Assembly (NCBI GenBank): GCA_965218295.1
Contig: CBDCKN010000012.1
Location: forward strand, 64,001-128,000
DNA from: Longimicrobiales bacterium
Lineage (GTDB): Bacteria; Gemmatimonadota; Gemmatimonadetes; Longimicrobiales; Gaopeijiaceae
Direction of reading: 5' to 3'
Length of the DNA: 64,000 bases
The position numbers and the translations under genes were made by a program. Positions 59,769 to 64,000 of this stretch are shown here, one piece after another (position 1 is the stretch's first letter; each line of letters starts with the position of its first letter). Under the pieces are notes generated by a model, which searched no databases, was not told the DNA's origin, and worked only from the letters and a program-made list of their open reading frames with translations.

Positions 59769-60090
59769 CCGGTATCGAATATAGGGTGGCTTCGGCCTCT
59801 CTGTCTAGCTAGAGAATCGGCCCCGCTCGACGCGGGCCAGGCGTCGTCGAAGTCCTCGACGCCCGCGCTCTTCTGCGCACTTCTTGCCGATTTTGATCAA
59901 AAACTTCCTGCCGCCCTGCGCCGAATACACCCCTGGATTATCGGGGTCCTCTGGTCGTAAAAATCTATTTCGTAGGAAGTTAGGCCTGTTTTCCACAGAC
60001 GTGCCGCCTACTGCCGATCAAGTCGGCACGGCTCTTCCATTGGTGACCCCCCGAACGGGCACTAAGGGTCGCTCTGATAAGGCATAGGAC

Positions 60091-60553
60091 ATGAGAACGC
60101 GCATACATGCAGATGGATTCCTGGACATATCGGACCGGCGCCGAGTGAGGATGCCCGGGAATCACGAAGTCGCCGTGGACCCGGCACCTGTAGCCGAAGC
60201 TCTGGCGTTTCTCCTCTCGCACAGCTTTCCAGGGTACCGCAGGGTGATCCGGTCGATGAACGAGGCAGACCGAAAGCTGATCCAACTCGCGATGTGGGCC
60301 GACTCGGTCAACGAGCGCATGGGACTCGTCGATCGGGTTTGGCGTCGAATCACCGAGGCAGCAACCCCCCCCCCCCAACGACCAGGAGCGGCCGGAGCTG
60401 ATCCAGGTGGTGCAGTACGGGAGCGCATGGGCGTACCCCATCTACCTAGACGGCTCGGTCACTCGAGTCCTGCCTCACGGTGGAGTATCCGTGCCGGTGA
60501 AGAACAAGGAATTCCGGCGCCGGGAGATCCAACTCAAGCTGGACAGCGCGTAA
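60091..60553 (+). CDS. Hypothetical protein, frameshifted at a C12 tract
   Basis: With C11 at 60365-60376 the frame continues NDQERPELIQVVQYGSAWAYPIYLDG...KLDSA* to 60553. Confidence 0.6.
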
Positions 60554-60672
60554 TCAGCTACCCGGCTGAGCCCGGCGTGTCGACTTCGTTATTGTGCCGC
60601 TGACTCCCTCGAGGCAAGGGCGAATATTGTGGCCGGTGCGGAGCACGGTGCGTCGGGCGACCAGGCCCGGGC

Positions 60673-62070
60673 CTACCCTTCAGGGAGCCCGGGCTCTGTC
60701 ATTTTTCGGACGTTGAGCGCCTCGTCCACCTTCTCGGGCGCCATCAGCTCCCGCTTCTCGACCACCTCGCGGACCGAAAGCCCGTCACGAGCGGCCTCCT
60801 TCGCCACCTCAGCGGCCTTGTCGTATCCGATGTAGGGATTGAGCGCCGTGGCGATGGACGGGTTCTTCTCGAGGAGCTCCCTGGTCCTCTCCTCGTTTGC
60901 TTCGATTCCCGCCACGCATCGGTCCGCGAAGGTCGTGGCCATGTTCGCCAGAAGTGTCACCGACTCCAGCAGCGCATGGGCCATGACCGGCATCATCACG
61001 TTCAGCTCGAAGTTCCCCCGCTGGCCGGCGATGGTCACGGTCGTGTGGTTCCCCATGACCCGGGCCGCCACCATCATCATGGCTTCGGACATGACGGGGT
61101 TCACCTTCCCGGGCATGATGGAGCTCCCCGGCTGAATGGCGGGGATATGGATCTCGGAGATGCCCGAGGTCGGCCCGCTGGCCAGCCACCGTAGATCGTC
61201 AGCGATCTTGAAGAAGCTGGTGGCAATCGTGTTCAGCGTGCCGGCTGCATTGACCACGGCATCTTTGGCAGCCTGGGCCTCGAAGTGGTTCTCAGCCTCA
61301 TGAAAATCCAGCCCCAGGTCCTCGGATACCCGAGCGATGGTCTTCGTTGCGAAGTCGGGGTGGGTGTTGATCCCCGTGCCCACGGCAGTCCCACCCAGGG
61401 CCAACTCGGCGAGCTCGGCCGAGGCAGCGCGCACCCGCTCGATACCCTTGGTAAGCTGGTGGGCGTAGCCGCTGAACTGCTGTCCGAGCCGGACGGGTGT
61501 GGCATCCATCAGGTGGGTGCGACCCGACTTGAGCACGTGATCGAAGGCCTCGGCCTTGGCCGCCAGAGCGTCCCTCAAGTGCGTGAGGGCGGGGATGAGC
61601 TCCCGCTCCATGGCCACCCGGGCCGAAATGTGGATCGCCGAGGGGATGGTGTCGTTCGAAGACTGGCCGAAGTTCACGTGGTCGTTGGGATGCACCCGAC
61701 CCACCTCCCCGCCGAGGATCTGATCGGCACGGTGCGCCACCACCTCATTGGTGTTCATGTTCGTAGAGGTGCCCGATCCCGTCTGATAGATGTCGAGCAC
61801 GAACTCGTCATCCCACTGCCCGGCCGCCACCTCGTCGGCCGCCGCCGCGATCGCCTCGGCGGTCTCGGTGTCCAGGGTCCCCAGCTCCAGATTGGTCAGG
61901 GCCGCACCCTTCTTGATGAGCCCCATGGCCTGGATGAAGCCCCGGCCGAAGCGCTGCCCGCTAATCGGAAAGTTCTCGAACGCCCTCTGCGTCTGGGCCC
62001 CGTACAGCGCATCGCTGGGAACGCGTACCTCCCCCAGGGAATCTCGTTCTATACGATAACCGTCGGACAT
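60673..62070 (-). CDS. fumC: Class II fumarate hydratase
   Basis: YGAQTQRA, QTGSGTSTNMN, HPNDHVN, GRTHLMDA, PGSSIMPGKVNP. Confidence 0.95.
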   Translation of the reverse strand: MSDGYRIERDSLGEVRVPSDALYGAQTQRAFENFPISGQRFGRGFIQAMGLIKKGAALTNLELGTLDTETAEAIAAAADEVAAGQWDDEFVLDIYQTGSGTSTNMNTNEVVAHRADQILGGEVGRVHPNDHVNFGQSSNDTIPSAIHISARVAMERELIPALTHLRDALAAKAEAFDHVLKSGRTHLMDATPVRLGQQFSGYAHQLTKGIERVRAASAELAELALGGTAVGTGINTHPDFATKTIARVSEDLGLDFHEAENHFEAQAAKDAVVNAAGTLNTIATSFFKIADDLRWLASGPTSGISEIHIPAIQPGSSIMPGKVNPVMSEAMMMVAARVMGNHTTVTIAGQRGNFELNVMMPVMAHALLESVTLLANMATTFADRCVAGIEANEERTRELLEKNPSIATALNPYIGYDKAAEVAKEAARDGLSVREVVEKRELMAPEKVDEALNVRKMTEPGLPEG

Positions 62071-62154
62071 GGCCGCCTCATGGTTGTGTGCGTGAAGATA
62101 CCTCGAAGCCCCCGCATAGCACCCCGCACCCAAACACCGGCCTGGCCTGGCTCA

Positions 62155-62871
62155 TCAGCGCTTGGGCGGACGGCTGGGCCGCATCTCCACCCGGCTGACC
62201 AGAGAGCTGTCGGGATATGAGAGAAGATGCAGGGTCGCGGCAGCCACGTCGTCCGCGCCCAGGGCCCACTCCCTGCCAGGACCGCCCTCGTGATCCGCGA
62301 ACGTCGTGTTCACACTACCGGGCATGATGATGCTTACCCGGATTCCCGAGTGGCGCAGATCCAGCATCATGGCCTCCGTCATGCCCAGCAGACCGAACTT
62401 GCTGGCGTTGTAGCCGGTGCCACCAGCGAAGGAATTCCGGGAGGCGAGGGAGCCGATGTTGACGATCCACCCCTCCGTCGCCTTCAGATGCGGAACCGCC
62501 GCCTGCGAACAGCAGAATACCCCCCGAAGGTTGGTGTCGATCTGGGTCTGCCAGTCGTCGATGGAGAGCTCCTCGATGGAGCCGAAGATCCCGACGCCCG
62601 CGTTGTTGACCAGCACGTCCAGACGGTCCAGCTCCTGAACGGCGGCTCCGATGAGGCGGCCGCACTCGTCCGATCGGCTCACGTCCGCCGGGACTCCCAC
62701 CACTCGCCCCGAGCCCGAGCCATCCAGCTCAGCGGCAACCCGCTCCACGTCTCCGGCCGTGCGAGCGCTCACCACCACGTCGGCGCCGGCGGTCGCGAGA
62801 GCCTCGGCAATGGCCCGGCCGATACCCTTGGTGGCCCCGGTAACGATGCACGCTCTGCCTGCGAGATCCAT
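62155..62871 (-). CDS. SDR oxidoreductase
   Basis: TGATKGIG, VNNAG, YNASK. Confidence 0.88.
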   Translation of the reverse strand: MDLAGRACIVTGATKGIGRAIAEALATAGADVVVSARTAGDVERVAAELDGSGSGRVVGVPADVSRSDECGRLIGAAVQELDRLDVLVNNAGVGIFGSIEELSIDDWQTQIDTNLRGVFCCSQAAVPHLKATEGWIVNIGSLASRNSFAGGTGYNASKFGLLGMTEAMMLDLRHSGIRVSIIMPGSVNTTFADHEGGPGREWALGADDVAAATLHLLSYPDSSLVSRVEMRPSRPPKR

Positions 62872-62878
62872 TGTCAAT

Positions 62879-63880
62879 TCAGCCCTCCGCGCCGACGGCG
62901 GCCGTGACGCTCTCCGCTCCCCCGTGGGCCAGCCAGCGCTCCGCCTCGAGAGCGGCCATGCAGCCGGTCCCTGCCGCCGTTACGGCCTGCTTGTAGAAGT
63001 CGTCCATGGCGTCACCGGCAGCGAACACGCCGGGCACCGATGTCCCGGTGCGCCACGGCACGGGTGTCTCGATCCATCCGTTGGCCTTGAGCTCCACCTG
63101 CTCACCCAGGAACTCCGTGTTGGGTGTGTGACCGATGGCCACGAACAGCCCGCCCACGTCGAGGCGGCGCTCCTCACCCGTCTGGGTGTCCCGGAGCATC
63201 ACCCCGGTAATCACGTCGTCGCCCAGGACCTCGGTCACCACGTGGTTCCACTCGAAGCGGATCTTCTCTTCGGCGAAGGCTCGATTCTGCATGATTTTCG
63301 ACGCCCGGAGCTCGTTCCGCCGGTGCACCACCACAACCTCTTTGGCGAACTTCGTCATGTATAGGGCGTCCTCCATGGCGCTGTCGCCACCTCCCACGAT
63401 AGCAATGACCTGGTCGCGGAAGTGGGGGAGCGCGCCGTCGCACACGGCGCAGGCCGACACCCCTCCGCCGCTCTGGGCCAGACGCTCCTCGTTTGGGAGC
63501 CCGATCCAGCGGGCGTTCGCGCCCGTGGCAATGATCACCGTGTCGCTCTCGATCTCGACACCACCGCTCGTCTTCAGGAGTAGGGGGCGCACCGAGAAAT
63601 CGACCTCAACGACGTCCTCCGTGATGACCCGAGTGTCGAAGCGGAGCGCCTGGGCCTTGAAGTCCGCCATCATCTCGAACCCCGTGATGCCCTCCGGAAA
63701 GCCGGGATAGTTCTCCACCTCCGTGGTATACATCAGCTGTCCGCCGGGGATCATGGTCCTGCTCCCAGCGCCCTCGATAACGAAGGGGTTCAGGCTGGCC
63801 CGAGCCGCATAGATCGCGGCGGTCCAGGCAGCCGGACCCGAGCCGATGATGACGACTTGTTCGTGGTGGCGTTCAGACAT
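62879..63880 (-). CDS. trxB: Thioredoxin reductase
   Basis: IGSGPA, ENYPGF, CAVCDG, GGGDSA, FAAGD. Confidence 0.95.
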   Translation of the reverse strand: MSERHHEQVVIIGSGPAAWTAAIYAARASLNPFVIEGAGSRTMIPGGQLMYTTEVENYPGFPEGITGFEMMADFKAQALRFDTRVITEDVVEVDFSVRPLLLKTSGGVEIESDTVIIATGANARWIGLPNEERLAQSGGGVSACAVCDGALPHFRDQVIAIVGGGDSAMEDALYMTKFAKEVVVVHRRNELRASKIMQNRAFAEEKIRFEWNHVVTEVLGDDVITGVMLRDTQTGEERRLDVGGLFVAIGHTPNTEFLGEQVELKANGWIETPVPWRTGTSVPGVFAAGDAMDDFYKQAVTAAGTGCMAALEAERWLAHGGAESVTAAVGAEG

Positions 63881-63899
63881 GGTTCCATTCCCCGGGTGG

Positions 63900-63941
63900 G
63901 GTGTGCCTCGTGCTGATCGAGGTGTGCCTCGTGCTGATCGA
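63900..63941. repeat. Perfect 21-bp tandem duplication upstream of trxB
   Basis: GGTGTGCCTCGTGCTGATCGA x2. Confidence 0.85.
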
Positions 63942-64000
63942 TAGGTAGAACACCTGGAGGTTCCCGGCCCCCCTCATCTGCGTGTCCTCCCCTCCACTCT

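Noticed and set aside
63900..63941. 21-bp tandem repeat as a regulatory array
   Set aside because: Only two units; most simply a tandem duplication, with no evidence of function.
1..64000. CRISPR array or cas genes
   Set aside because: No regularly spaced repeat-spacer series and no Cas motifs were seen; the repeats present are IS ends, MITE-like or att-like.

Overview
GC-rich bacterial window, probably Gemmatimonadota. This is inferred from the 'MSDPVVRLNAALEGRYTIERELGEGG' kinase N-terminus and the general gene content. It has two parts. (1) Bases 1 to ~19,720 are a decaying accessory island downstream of a minus-strand tRNA-Lys(CTT). It is packed with nested IS3-, IS256-, IS21- and IS481-family elements and gene fragments. 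It holds an intact operon (di-haem oxidoreductase lipoprotein, Tat Rieske protein, outer-membrane beta-barrel) behind tandem DtxR/MntR-type boxes, a transaldolase-fold enzyme lacking the phosphate-binding residues, and the IS-shredded remains of a probable TIR-signalling defence operon (hydrolase-TPR sensor, PGDYG-like protein, ThsB-like TIR). It also has one integron-cassette-like gene and three copies of a tRNA-3'-linked att-like element. (2) Bases ~19,900 to 64,000 are mostly housekeeping genes: gcdH, icd-like, msrB, ilvE, ggt, leuA-like, an ABC/transglutaminase/macro cluster, cutA, fadD, a folE-queD/folM/folK-folB pterin cluster, a Fur-family regulator with merC-like gene, GGDEF-PilZ, abgB-like, an orphan cytochrome b, a probable 6S RNA, fumC and trxB. 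This part carries three copies of a stop-codon-abutting MITE-like repeat whose terminal inverted repeats differ between copies, plus several frameshifts that may be sequencing errors. All calls come from reading motifs by eye; no database search was run.
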